DNA of 32,665 nucleotides from Batkoa obscura (taxonomy: Eukaryota): assembly GCA_030770535.1 (NCBI GenBank), contig JASVEC010000199.1:1-32665 (forward strand), written 5' to 3'. The position numbers and the translations under genes were made by a program. Shown one piece after another: positions 1-12,896 of the stretch. The notes under the pieces were generated by a model. The model did not search any database and was not told where the DNA came from. It saw nothing but the letters and a program-made list of their open reading frames with translations. Numbering within the stretch: the first letter of the stretch is position 1; each line of letters opens with the position of its first letter.

Positions 1-241
1 ATTCAGTAGATATACATTTAGAACGACAGGTATCTTGAACACTATAGGGTAATTATTAAAATCAATTATATGAAATTGGAAATTATTAAATTAAAAAACA
101 AAATCAAAAAAATAATTTATAAGATTAAAACAAAAATTAGACTTCAACTTACCGAGTAAATAGTTCATTCATAACAGTATACTCTCTTTCGATTACATCC
201 ATATCTAATTTTGGTGCACTACCGCCAAACCAACTACTCAT
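1..241 (-). CDS. TIM10: Mitochondrial intermembrane-space small Tim chaperone Tim10 (5' part; gene runs off the window start); exons 241-153 and 41-<1
   Basis: ATG at 241. MSSWFGGSAPKLDMDVIEREYTVMNELFTR spliced (GTAAGT donor at 152, TAG acceptor at 44-42) to VQDTCRSKCISTE. The first CX3C motif and the preceding helix match the Tim10 pattern (..E.E...M..LF.R....C..KCI...). Confidence 0.85.
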
Positions 242-437
242 TTTTGATTTATTTTTTAAATGTTTAAAGTGATTAAAACCTAATATTTGAAAATAGAGAG
301 TGGGATAAAATTGATCCATTATAATAGCCAATTAAAAAGGGGCTGATCTAGTTTCAATGAGAAATTGAAAATATCAAAAATCGAATATTTAAATAAAAAA
401 GAAATTGATTTATTATATATAGAATAATATTAATAGA

Positions 438-3400
438 ATGGATGTGAATAATGAAATTGAAAAAGAAATTGAATTAAAGTATAAAAATTATAGAAGGATA
501 CAAAAGATATATAAAACAATTATTACTTTAATGATTTTATTAATTAAAAAAAATCAACAAAATCAAGAGAATGAGAATATTTTACTTCAGTTTCAAGCTA
601 TTAAAAATAATGTATTAAATCAATGTAAAGAGTAATATTGTTTATTTATAATTAATGTTGGATTAATAATATTTTATATTTAGAACTTTAACTCTTATAG
701 ATATGTATTTGATTACTGAAATAATGCCAAATAAATGTAAGATCAATGAAAAGATCATTGATAGAGGAGAAGAAGTTAAAGATAATCTTAACACTTCAAT
801 AGGAAATAGCAGTATTAGTATAAATTATCAACAAGAAATAGATGATATTAGAGTCAAACTAATTAATTTTAACTATTTATTTCAATTAAATCACAAAGAT
901 GAAAAGTAAGCTATTTCTTTTATTTTTGATAAAATCGACTGAGCTAATGAGCTATTTTTATTATAGAAAACCTTCTAAGAGAAGAAAAAAGGATAAATTG
1001 CAAGAAATGATTTTATTGATCAATGAATATACTCAATTATTTAATAAAACTAGTTTCAATTATTATAAAACTAATTTATTGCAAAAAGTAAGCTATTATC
1101 ATTTCTATTTTTCATTTGTAATATTTATAGTCTTTATCTAATGATTTTAGAATCTAACGGAAACTGAGTTTGAAACTGAATTGAAATTAAAATATATAAT
1201 AAATAATAGAAATAAGGAACAAATTGTAAATAAAATAAAATATAAGGAAGAAGAAAGAGAATTGTATAAAATAATTGATAATTTATGGAATCAAGAGTTT
1301 TATAAAGAACAAATTGATAGAAATGAAGATTTAATTATAATAGATAAAAAAATAGGAAATTTTAGTAATTTATTTCATATTCATTTTAATTATTTTAATA
1401 ATATTATATTCTTATTTTAGTATCAACTACACTACCATTTCATCCAATATTAACTTCATTTACAACTAATTATACGTTTTATTCACATCAATATGAAGCA
1501 TTATCAAATTTATTAAATTTTGAGACTAAACTAGAGTTTTTAACTAACAATTTATTCTCAATGATAATTAGTACATCTACTTCAAGGTAATATTTTTTAA
1601 TAATAAATTAATAAGATTTAACTTTAATATTTAACTAATTTAAGTGGTAAATCCTTAATTTATCAATTAGCTATTATCGATAGTTTATTAAAAGATAAAA
1701 ATGTTCGAGTATTATGTATTGTACCAACAAAGGCATTAGCTAATGATCAAATCTATTCATTTAAAAAATTAATTAATAATATACCACAATTAAACTGGGT
1801 TAAAGTAAGTTAATATAAAACAATAATAATAATATATAAATAATATATAAATAATATATTTTTATAATATATTTTTATAATATATTTTTAATGAAATCAT
1901 TTCTTTATTAATACTTTAATTTTAGATAGGTGCTTATGATGGAGATTTAGAATCATCAAGACGAATAGATTATCGAATGAATTATCAAATATTATTTACA
2001 AATCCAGATATGTTACATTATTCTATATTAGCTAATATTGATATTTGGTATGAATATTTAATTCATCTAAAATTTATAGTTATAGATGGTAAATAATATT
2101 TGTTAATTATTTAAGTCATTAAAAGAAGCTAATCTAATTTTAATTTAGAAATTCATATTTACGAAGCTAATTTTGGTCATCAAATGAGTTTAATATTAAG
2201 AAGATTTTTAAGAGTTATATCAGTTAAATTCAATCGTCCATTAGCCTTAATCGCTTGTTCGGCTACTTTAAAAAACCCAAAGAATGTAAATTGAATTTTA
2301 ATTTTTAATTTTAATTTTTAATTCTAACTTTTTTAATTTTTAGCATCTTTCTTATTTAACAAGTATACCAAAAGATAATATTTTATTAATTAATAAAGAT
2401 GGTGCTCCAAGTGGTATGAAAGTAAGTATTTTAAGTGCTATTTTTTTAATAAAGGATTTATTAATTCATTTATTAATAGACAATAGCATTATGGAATAAT
2501 AATAATAATAATAATAATTTAATTCAAATTGAATCAATGTTATCTAGTAATAAAAATAATTCAAAATCAATAAATAATAGTCAAGGAATAATTGAATTAA
2601 TAAATTATTTTTTAAACTATAATAAAAAAATCATAATATTTTGTTCTTCTAGAATAGAATGTGAATTAATTTATACTCAATTAAATCAATATTTATTAAA
2701 TAAATACGATGATTCAATTAAACAAAAATTATTAATTAAAATTAAAGCTTATCGTGCAGGTTATTCTAAAGAAGTAATAATATTATATTTATAAAATAAA
2801 ATAATAAATAAATAAATTATTAACAATTTTATTAATAATTTTATTTTAGTTACGTCAACAAATTGAATTGGAATTAAGGAATGGAAATATCAAATTAATT
2901 ATATGTACCAATGCATTAGAATTAGGTATTGATATCGGGGATTTAGATATTGTAATAAGCATAGCAGATAAATTCAAAGTCAATAATTTAAAACAACAAA
3001 TAGGAAGAGTTGGTAGAAGAAACAAAGATTGTTTAGCTATTATTTTTTATAACAAAATTCACAAATTAAATAAATTAGATAATCAATATTTATTAATGAG
3101 TTTAAAGAATGACGAAGAAGAAAAAGAAAAAGAAGAAGTAAAAGAAAAAATAAAAGAATTAAATAATTTATTTATTGAATTACATCTAAATTGTATTGTT
3201 AGTGAATTACCAATTATATTAAATAGAGATAAAGCCTGGTTTGGTAATATTTTAGAAAGTTTATGTCCAAAACTTTTAATAGGTAATGAAAAAGAGGTAA
3301 ATAAAAGAGAATATAATAATTTATAGAATGTTAATAAATAATTATTAATTTATTTAGGGTTATTTTTTAAATCACAAAGATATTAAAAGTATATCACCAT

Positions 3401-4417
3401 GGAGACAAATTATCATTCGAAAACAAAATCAATCAAGGAAAATATTATTAGTAAATAATAATAACATCCAATCAAAATTAATTGAAGAAATTGAATTAGA
3501 AAGAGCTATGTATTCTATTTATTATGGGGGAATTTATTTATATAATGGACAATATTTTGATATTATGGAATTAAATTATCAATTAGGATTTGCTAAATTG
3601 AAATTAAAGAGTGAAATAGAATATTTTACTAAACCAATATTTGAAGATTATTTATTTATTAAAAAGAAAATAATGAATAGAGTAATTGAGATAAATAATA
3701 ATTTATTAAAATTTGAATTTGGCTTATTTAATTATCAACGTCATTTTAAAGGTTATAAAAAAATAAACATTCAAAATAGACAACTTATTGATCAATTAAA
3801 TTATCCATCAATAATTAAAGATCAAAAGAGTATATTGTCATTGGAATTTAATGGGATTTGGTTAGATTATTTAAATACAATGGGAAATGAAAATGTATTT
3901 ATAAGTTTAATTCATTTGCTTTTAAAAGCAATAAATAAATTGTTTGATGTTGAAAATTCAATTATAGCATCTTGTTGTAATAATATTATAACTTCAAATA
4001 TTAAATTAGGATGTCAAAGGTAAATTAAAGATTTTATTTAATAATAATATATAATATTAATTTATTTTAATTTATTTTATTTTATTTTATTTTGTTTTAT
4101 AGTATTTATTTCTATCCCAAAAATTATGAAAATGAATTAATATTGCAAAACCATCAATCTGGTTTATTTGTTAAACTTGGGGAATTGATATTAGCTGCTT
4201 ATACTATTGTGGTAGAATGTTCATGTTCAATAGGTTGTTTAAAGTGTAAGTGTCTTATTTTATTCTAATTATTTTATTATTTATAATATTTTATTTTATT
4301 TTAGGTATTTATAAAAAAGATTGTATTAGATTATCATTTTTAGAGTCTAAAAATAAAGAAGAAGATAAAGAACTTAAAAAGAGAGTGATTGAGTTTTTGA
4401 TGGGATTTATTGAATAA
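438..4417 (+). CDS. HRQ1: Hrq1 (RecQ4-like DEAH-box helicase with C-terminal DUF1998 Cys cluster); predicted exons 438-631, 684-905, 967-1087, 1151-1364, 1421-1586, 1645-1804, 1926-2088, 2149-2285, 2344-2421, 2480-2773, 2850-3296, 3358-4019, 4103-4245, 4305-4417
   Basis: Manual splicing at GT..AG keeps one frame and yields YSHQ (Q motif), STSTSSGKS (I), VPTKALANDQ (Ia), YDGD, IIFTNPDMLH, VIDEIHIY (II), CSATLKNP (III), DGAPSG, AYRAGY, TNALELGIDIGDLD (V), QQIGRVGRR (VI) and C-terminal ECSCSIGCLKCIYKKDC, stop TAA 4415-4417. Confidence 0.9.
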
Positions 4418-4571
4418 AAATAAAAATAAAACTTTATAAAACATATAATTTTACTTCTCCTTTTAAAAGTTCAATAGTAATAATAATAAAAATGCAACTT
4501 TTATTCTAATAAAATGACTAACAATGATAAGGATATAAGTCTAATGTAATAAAATTTAGTTCAACTAAATT

Positions 4572-4859
4572 TCATTTAAACAAGAAATAAAACAATTTAG
4601 GGAAAAAAAAGAATAAGATTAAGACAGCAAAGAAGAAAGTAACCAATAAAATAGAAATAAATAAAAATAGAAGAAATGAAGGCTTATAAGGTAACTGAAT
4701 TGAAAAACATGTGTTCCTTTTTCCACGAGGTATGTAATTCGAATTCACTTTGATTCTACGTGCCATTTCTTTATCTTGTCGATATAATAGATATTCTCGA
4801 TATTGAGATTGACGATAAGCAGAGGGAGAATCAATTATTAGTTTTTCAGCTTCACTCAT
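4572..4859 (-). CDS. Hypothetical 95-aa protein with a C-terminal hydrophobic (transmembrane/tail-anchor-like) segment
   Basis: ATG in AAAAATG context. Polar, coding-like N-half; C-terminal FLLFLFISILLVTFFFAVLILFFFF. No family recognised. Confidence 0.45.
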   Translation of the reverse strand: MSEAEKLIIDSPSAYRQSQYREYLLYRQDKEMARRIKVNSNYIPRGKRNTCFSIQLPYKPSFLLFLFISILLVTFFFAVLILFFFFPKLFYFLFK

Positions 4860-5078
4860 TTTTCTAGAAGTTTAGATGATATTTGTTTATTTTTCTATTT
4901 GTTTATTTATTATACTTCTATATGTTGATTCTAGTTAGTTATCTTATTAGTTATTACTATGATTAAATGTTGATTCCGAGTGTTTAATAACAAAGAGAAT
5001 AGTAATAAAACAATAAAAATTCAATAAAATATTAAAGAAATATAAAAGAAATAAAAATAAAACAAATCAAGTTAATAT

Positions 5079-5122
5079 ATGTTATTTTTATGTTATTTTT
5101 ATGTTATTTTTATATTTTTATG
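5079..5122. repeat. Short tandem repeat (ATGTTATTTTT) x3 plus degenerate unit
   Basis: atgttatttttatgttatttttatgttattttt visible directly. Confidence 0.7.
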
Positions 5123-5289
5123 AGTACTTTATCTAATTATAAAATTAGTTAATTAACATATTTTTTTAAATTAAATTAATTAAATCAACTAAATAAATCC
5201 ACTCATTTATTTATTAATTTTTGGACCGTCTATTCTTTTAAATTAGATTAATATTAAGGAATAAAAGTATTTATTTTTTGAATAATAAT

Positions 5290-5320
5290 AAAATAAAATA
5301 AAATAAAATAAAATAAAATA
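5290..5320. repeat. (AAAAT)n microsatellite, ~6 units
   Basis: aaaataaaataaaataaaataaaataaaata. Confidence 0.8.
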
Positions 5321-6190
5321 TTAATTTAATTTTTATTTATAAATAATTCAGTTAAACTTATTTATTTTAAACCCAACCAAATATCAATTCAATTAATAAT
5401 TTAATAAATTTTAAAAGTTTAATTCAAATTATTTTAACTAAAAGTTGTAAAAATAGCTTAAAGAATTCTAAAATTATTAGAAAGTTATTAAAAAGAAAAA
5501 GAAATTCAAAATATAATCAAATTAATAAAAATCTTTAATTATACCTCATTCATACTAAAAGAATACGTTTGCTTTTAATTGTTACGTTTTATTATATTAT
5601 CTGACAATTAATTAATATAAAAAATCATGATACACATACACCTTAACTAAAAATTAAAACATTGTTTTTTATTAAGCTTACTAGCAGTTGTAAACCTACA
5701 AACTTTTAAATGAATACACTGGTTTAAAAAATATTTAAAAATGATGTTATAAAATAAATAGTCACATTTAAAAATAACCAGTTGAAATTCTCAATTACCA
5801 ATAATATGAAAGAATACTTAAAATTGATTGGCAATTATAAAAAATTAACAAGTTTCAGGGAAAGATAATTAAGTTGTAAAAGTTAATAAGATTAATTGTA
5901 AAAAAGTCATGATCTCCATGAGGTGTTTTAAATAGTTACAAAAGAAGCTTATTTATAGTGTAATGTGGGGGGTTAAAAAATGATAAATCATAATAAAGTA
6001 GGTGTGATAACAACAAATAAATGAAACTTGATTTAATAACAAATAAATAAAAAATAGGGAGGGTTGATAAATTATAAGAGATAGTATATAAACAGATCAT
6101 TATCCTTAACTTTCATTTTATCTTTTGATCAATCACTTTATCTTATTATAAAATATATATACATACGAATTTCAATTATTAAACAACAAC

Positions 6191-6556
6191 ATGGTAGCTA
6201 ATCAAATCTTAAGAAAAACATTTTATCACAAATGGTTACGTCCAGAAGTAATTCAAATTTAATAAGTGGTATTTAGCTTAATACTAACAACTTATTCTTA
6301 GGTTACTCCTTTACTCGCTATTGTTAGTGGTGGTTTAGTTGGTACTGGATGGTATTTATTTCGAGTAGCTAGAAATGTAGATACTGTATGGGATAGAAAA
6401 AATAATCCATATCCATGGCAAAATGTTGACCAAGATACAAATTTAAAACTTTATTCGCCTAGTAAAGAATTTAAGAAAAAGTAAGTTGTTATAAATATTA
6501 TTGTGTTATTAAATACTTAAAAGGATTAATCTAGATACTCTCGTGATCGACTTTAA
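6191..6556 (+). CDS. NDUFA4: NDUFA4/MLRQ (B12D)-family mitochondrial respiratory subunit, ~85 aa; exons 6191-6247, 6302-6480, 6535-6556 (absent from the ORF track)
   Basis: Spliced product MVANQILRKTFYHKWLRPEVTPLLAIVSGGLVGTGWYLFRVARNVDTVWDRKNNPYPWQNVDQDTNLKLYSPSKEFKKKYSRDRL. PE..PL-TM helix-YL.R.A...D.VWDRKNNP.PW is the family hallmark. Intron 1 has a perfect TACTAAC branch point (6282-6288). Confidence 0.9.
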
Positions 6557-7069
6557 TTTTCCAGATGTGCCCAATTATTTGAATCAATAAAAAATAAATT
6601 GTATACTATTTGTTTATTAATTTTGTCATAGTTATAAATCAATTTACTACTTTATTTTTCATTTATTAAAATCAAACTTAAAGTGAGGGTTGTGGGGGGA
6701 GAAATAATAAAAATTTCTGTCTAATTTGGGTTAAGCTTTAAAATAAAATTAAGTCCTTTAAATTCCAATTTATCCTGAATCAACATTTATATTTTTTTAT
6801 ATTTTATGTTTTATATTTTATTTTATTTTAATACAATTGATAATAATATTGAAATGAATTTATTTACAATGATAATTGTAGAATTATAAAATGAAATATA
6901 AAGAATTTTAGTAGTGATTTTTTAACAGTAATTTAGGATAATTAATGAAATACAAGATAAATTTAAAAATATAATTATTGTTGATTTTATTATACAATAA
7001 CTTTTATATATTTAATTTAATTATAGAGATAGAATTAAAAAATAAAAATGAAAATAAATCAAGGATAAG

Positions 7070-7133
7070 GGGGATGTTTTTTTGACCTCATTACTCTTTC
7101 TATCTTTTAAGCACTATTTAAGTGGGGAAAATT
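7070..7133 (+). mobile_element. MITE copy A (right end truncated or degenerate)
   Basis: GGGGATGTTTTTTTGACCTCATTACTCTTTCTATCTTTTAAGCACTATTTAAGTGGGGAAAATT matches the left two-thirds of copy B. Confidence 0.75.
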
Positions 7134-7979
7134 CTAAATTCTATCAAAGAATGAATTATTTTAAATATACAACTATGGCTATATATGTCTAGATTTTTTT
7201 ACTGGTCTTTTTGTTAGTTCCCAATATCAATTGGAAATAAAAAGGACATTTACATTGATAATATTTTATAGGAATGTCTTTTTATTAAGGGAATTTATTA
7301 ATTTTTTTTCAATATTACTTAAAAATGGAAAAAATAATAAAATCAAAGAACATTATTCTTTTTATATTAGTAAAAATAGTTTTAAAATCTCATAAAGTCA
7401 CTTTTGTTTCAAATTCAATTACAAACTAATTAATGAAGTCTTTGAAAAAATGGAGATATATACTACAATCATGACTAAAAATTATTATGTGTAAAAGCAA
7501 AAGGCTGTTTTATACAATTGGTCTTTTTATTACAATTCTATTTCTTACTAGTTTTGACTTGCCCAAAAAAAGGTAATTATTCAAATTGAACATAATAAAA
7601 GCTAGGCTAAAATACAATACAAAAATTATTTGGGATAACAGCTTATCTAAATTTATTGCAGGTTAATTTGCAAAGTTTTTTAGAGCCAACTATTTTTTTG
7701 TTTGTTTCTTGATTTAATCAGTTGATTTTCGATTAATTTTGGAAAAAAATTGATTTTATACAATTAGTTCAATCCTAATAGAGAGCTCTACAACAACTGT
7801 TATATAATCTTGGCTGTAATTTGAATAGAAATTTTAAAAATTCACTTTTTTTAATTTCAATTTTTAACACAAACAATTTATTTCAAGTTGAGTTTATAAT
7901 CCAATTATTTTTTACAATAATTTTATATTTGAAATTTAAGTGATATTAAGAATAAGAATCTTAAGAACTTTTATAAAAT

Positions 7980-10210
7980 ATGTCGGAAATTTCTTGGACA
8001 ATAGAACAGACAAAGTAAGTTGTTTAGTTTTATGTAATTTAAATTAGTGTTAAATCTAATAAATTCTAGTGAACAGCGTCTTAAATTAGGTTTGCCACCT
8101 TTAAAATTAGAAAAAACAGAGGATAAAAAGCAAGTTGAAAAAGATAATTACATCAAAGAACAAAGTGAAAAGGAGAGAATTGATAACAATAGATTAGTTC
8201 AAGAGCGATTAAAGAAGTAAGTTTCTATTCTATTATTTTAATAAAATGGGCTAACTTTTATTTCTAGAGTCAAAAATGAACGAGAACTATTAAAATCACA
8301 AAGTGGTAAAGGGTTAGGTGAAAAACAAGGGGATGACAGTTTACTTAGTTTTTTAAAGAAAAATAAAAAACGATTTCAAAAAGTGGCTTTAAATATGAAA
8401 GAAGACTTTGATGAAGAAGATAAAAGAAGTCAGGAGGCTGCTAAATTACTAAATAATAAAGCTAAAAAAGCTCGAGGTAAAATTTTGAAATTAATTATTA
8501 TTAAAATGAAATTCAAATGAGTTTTAGGTTCAGAAATCCAAGTAGCTCATAATTATGAAGATTTTGAAGAAGGAGAAGAAGCTATCCTTACCCTTAAAGA
8601 TGCTAATGTTTTGGATGAAGGTAAGTAATAGTTTATATTATTATAATTAACTAAATATCGTATAGATGATGATGAATTGGTTAATGCTAATCTTTTGGAA
8701 AAAGAAAAGCTTAAAAAAGATTTAGAAAATAAGAAAAAAAAAACGAACTATAATCCATATGATGATGATGAGTTTGCACATGGTACTATTAATGGTCAAC
8801 CTAGAAATATATTATCCCATTATGATGAAGAAATTGGAGTTTCAGAACCTAAAAAAGTAATGATATTATTAACTAGTTAGCATTAAATTAATTGAATTAT
8901 TTTTATAGAAAGGATTTAAAATTAATTCTTTGAATGATTTTGCTTCCAATAAAGAAACATTTAAAAATAACATCAATGATTTAACGGGTGCTATATCTTT
9001 GGAATTAAATCGTAAGTTTTAATATAAATTAATGATATGAATCAAGTATTAATAAATATATAGAGTTAAACAAAGTGGATGATTATTATACTACAGAAGA
9101 GGCAGCACAATTTAAAAAACCTAAATCTAAAGGAAAATCAAGAAAGAAAAAACGCGAAGAAGAAAGAGAATTATTTGATAATATAATTATATCTATCAAT
9201 GATCCAGACACTATTACAATGCCTTCGGATTCTAATTTTGTAGATGATAATGAATTACAACTTTGTTTACAAAAAGCACGTACCACTGCTCTAAAGCGTA
9301 ATAAAAATTTGGATGGTGAATCAGCTGCTAAAGAAGGTAATAAATTTTTCTATTTTAGATTAATAAAATCTAATCTTTTTTATTAGTTTTGAAGGATAAA
9401 AAAGAAGAAAAAAAAGAGGAAATAGAAAGCAATGAAGAAGGTATAATTGTATCCCAAACATCTGAATTTGTACAAAATTTAGCTACCTCAGCAGCTATCT
9501 TAAGTGAAAAAATGCAATCAATAAAAGAAAAGAATGAAAAGAATAAAAAACAAGTCAAAGAAGATAATTCAAAAGCATCAGAAACTATTGATAATAAAGT
9601 TAAAAAAGAAGTAAAAGAAGAAGACTTAAATAAACTCCGAGAAGAGGAAGGGGTCGATGCTTTATTTGAAGATAATGTTAAAGCGGGAAGGGGATTGGCA
9701 GGGGCGTTAGCTTATTTTACAAAAAAAGGAACGTATAAACCACCTACTGAAGAAGCAATTAAAAGAGATGAATTATTAACTCGACAAAATAAGATGATTG
9801 AAGTAATTAAAAACAAAGAAAAGGAAAAGGAAAAGGAAAAGGAAAAGGGTAAAAGAAGTAATAAAGAAAATTATGATCTTAAACCAAGAACTTTTGTGGA
9901 AGATTCAATTGCTAGATTAGCTAATTATAAACCAGATATTAATTTGGAGTATAGGGATACTCATGGTAATATTTTAAATCAAAAGGAGGTAAGTAAAAAT
10001 TGAGTTATGTAAATTGTTAAATTTTTTAACTTTTATTTTATTTAGGCATTTAAAGAGTTATCCCATAAATTTCATGGTAAAAGTTCTGGGCTGAAAAAGA
10101 CCGAAAAAATGTTACAAAGAAAAGAAGCACAAAAGAGATTGGATAACATGGATAGTATGGGAGCTCCTTTTGAAACGAGTAAGTCCACTAGTAAGCGTCA
10201 CAAAAAATAA
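7980..10210 (+). CDS. SNU66: Snu66/SART1, U4/U6.U5 tri-snRNP-associated protein; predicted exons 7980-8014, 8070-8216, 8268-8476, 8528-8620, 8666-8856, 8909-9011, 9064-9336, 9387-9988, 10046-10210
   Basis: N-terminal HIND motif (WTIEQTNEQRLKLGLPPL), VAH..EDFEEGEEAILTLKDANVLD, YNPYDDDEF, ILSHYDEEI, DYYT.EE..FKKPK, GRGLAGAL, YKPDINLEYRD..G..L.QKEAFKELSHKFHGK.SG.KKTEK. All splice sites are GT-AG and in frame. Confidence 0.93.
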
Positions 10211-10283
10211 ATAAATTATAAAAATAAAAGGAACAATAACTTAAAAAATGAAAATTTCTATACTTTATTTTTTATAAAAAAAC

Positions 10284-12248
10284 TTATTTTCTATATTTAA
10301 ATTTTTTCAATACACTTGGTTTTTTAGGATTAGCTCGAATACTTTGTTGATGCTGTTGAAATCGATCTTTAAAATAAGTTTGAGCTTGTTTATCATGTAA
10401 AACTTCTTGCAAGATGGTTTGTTTACGATCTTTCTTAGCCAATCTACCTGAATAAAATTCACTTTTATCTTCAATGATGGTACCCACCTAAAAAAAAGAA
10501 AGAAATTAGCATCGCTATATTTTTATAGATGATTGTTATTCTTACTTGAAAGTATTTACTTTGTAAACTTTTATTATCTTTTTTATAAAATCGTTTACGA
10601 TCCAATACTTTTCTTAGTTTTAACACTTGTAAATCTTTTTTCAATTCTTCTGTCATCTCAGGAGCTTCCATATTAAACCATTTTTTACCTGCATTGGCTT
10701 CTTTTTCCTAACAAATTACGTTAATTTCTTTTTAAATTTGTATTTAAAATTATAAAATTTACTTTTTTAGCTTCTGCATGAGTAAGCCTGTATTCTGGTA
10801 ATGCTCGATTCATTCGAAGTTCTTCTAACCCTTTTCTGGAGGATACTGCTAATGCATTAGCTACTTCTGAGCTTATTATTTGATCTTCATCGATTAAATT
10901 AAAATCTGTTTCTGGATCGTCATTGTTTTTTCTTTTTATATTAGTACTAGCAGAATCTTCATTAACTTTGATAAGTTCCTTTTGATTTTGAATACTGGCT
11001 GGTTGATTCTCCTTGTTCTTATTTTTGACATTATCGTTTTTAATGTATAATTGCTCTTTTATTTTGGCATCATAGGGGTTATAAAACGTGCCATTAGCTT
11101 GAAATGCTTTACTATAAATATTAAAATTTAATTATTAAATTATAATAAAAATTATAGACAACTTACTTTTTAATTTGGAGATTAGTTACACCTGAATCGG
11201 CTAAATTTTTTTTAGCTTTATCTAATAAACTTCTTAATAAATTTTCATCAACTTCTTTTTCCTCTTCTTCTGAAAGGGAAAAATATTCAGAGTCTTCAGA
11301 GTCTATTTTATTTTCATTATTTTCTTCATTTTCTTCATCTACTAAATCTTGTTCATTGGATTCGAGATGTCTCATTTTATAATTATTTTTAGCTAAAAGT
11401 TCATTTAAAATATTATCTGCTTCATCATCGGAGTTTTCCACTTGATCAGTTTCTATGACTTCAGGTTCATCATTTTCTTGATTTAAATTAACATCAAGTT
11501 CGTCGGCTGCTTTTTTATTTGTAAATTGTGGATCTAAATTAACGTACTTATTTAACATAACGTCATCTTTATTTTCAGTTTCTACAATTATGTTAGTTGT
11601 ATTTGACTTAGTGCTATCTTCCACTTGATTGGATACTAACTCAGTTGTTGAAACTACTGAAGTTAACCGAGTTTCATTCACAATTGAGCTTATCTTAATA
11701 CCTTCATCTGAGTTACTCTGATTTTTTTTACCTTGATTTAATTCTAAATAAAAAAAATAAAAAAATAAAAACTAGTTACCAATTGAATTACCTTTTAAAC
11801 CCTCATTAGAATTAACACCACTCTCACTTCCAACTACTTGTTTAATTTCTAAACTTGAATTTTCTTTTGATGACTTGATTTCAGTACAACTATAAAACTC
11901 CATGGATTCTACTTTATCTTCCAATCTCAATACACTCTCCTCTTCTACCACTTCCTTATTATTTTTAGATTTCCTACCTCTTTTTGATTTATTTGGTGTC
12001 ACTTCTTTAGATTGTGTCGTTAAACCACTAGATTCTTGACGTAATATAACTGAGTCTTCCTTTCCTTCTTTAATACCATCAGTCCGATCTTGACTTTCTT
12101 CCACAGCTAATTTTGGTTTTCTACTTCTTTTTCCTTTAGCAGCGGTCGGTTTCTTGGTTTCTGTTGATAATCCACTAGATTCCTTGGTTGAAATTCCTCC
12201 TTCATTCCTTTCTGGTGATTTGTTTCTTGTTCGGAGATTATAGCCCAT
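10284..12248 (-). CDS. FCF2: Fcf2/DNTTIP2-family pre-rRNA processing protein with a long acidic/basic disordered N-terminus; exons approx. 12248-11792 (or 11780), 11743-11167, 11111-10763, 10707-10546, 10487-10284
   Basis: C-terminal Fcf2 domain AGKKWFNMEAPEMTEELKKDLQVLKLRKVLDRKRFYKK...KYFQVGTIIED.SEFYSGRL.KKDRKQTILQEVL. The upstream ORFs join in frame through GT-AG introns. The first donor is ambiguous. Confidence 0.88.
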
Positions 12249-12896
12249 TTTTTATCACTATTTTTATTAGTTTAAAAAATGATTTTCTGAATTCTTCAGT
12301 TTAGTGAATATTATATCAAATAACAATTGGCTTCCAAGATTTTTCGAAATTCGATGATTATTGGTTACTAAAATTCAAATTAAGCATAGCTTTGATTTGT
12401 TCATTTTATTTATTTACAGTTACTAAGAGTAGGAAAATAGATGGTTCAAGTTTGTCTCAATACCAATCAGCAAAAAGTTACACTATGTAATTATTGTTAA
12501 GGTTAACTAAAAAATTTTGTCATTTAGGCAAAAATATAATTTAATAAATTATTTTTAAATTTATTTTGTACCAGACTGACTCATTACAAAAGTTCAACTG
12601 ACTAATTTTAATATAATTATTTAACTAAAATAAATATTAATATTTTATTTGAGTAAGCTTTTATGCTCAAATTAAAGTTTAATGCTGATTCCTTACTAGA
12701 ATTTGTTATACAGCTAAAAAATACCTTATAAAATTTAGTGCAAACCTATTCAAACTTATCCAATTTTAGAATTTTTTTCAGCTTTGAGAAATAAATTTAT
12801 TGAAATGAATCTGTAACATCCACACTCCCCCACTTTGGTGACTGTGAGTTTTTTATTATAAGCTTTCAAAAAAAGTAACAAATTAAAAAGTTGAAT

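Noticed and set aside
242..331. N-terminal extension of Tim10 from the ORF-track start at 331
   Set aside because: That start is TTG and lies in the promoter region; ATG 241 in AAAAATG context gives a normal Tim10 N-terminus.
9086..9558. Antisense ORFs inside SNU66 (also 20803-21060, 21380-21622, 28122-28415, 28135-28452 in other genes)
   Set aside because: They overlap well-supported genes and have no independent coding signal.
12300..12530. PAC/RRPE-like ribosome-biogenesis motifs upstream of FCF2 (TCGATGAT, AAAAATTTTGTCA)
   Set aside because: Only partial matches, expected by chance in such AT-rich DNA.
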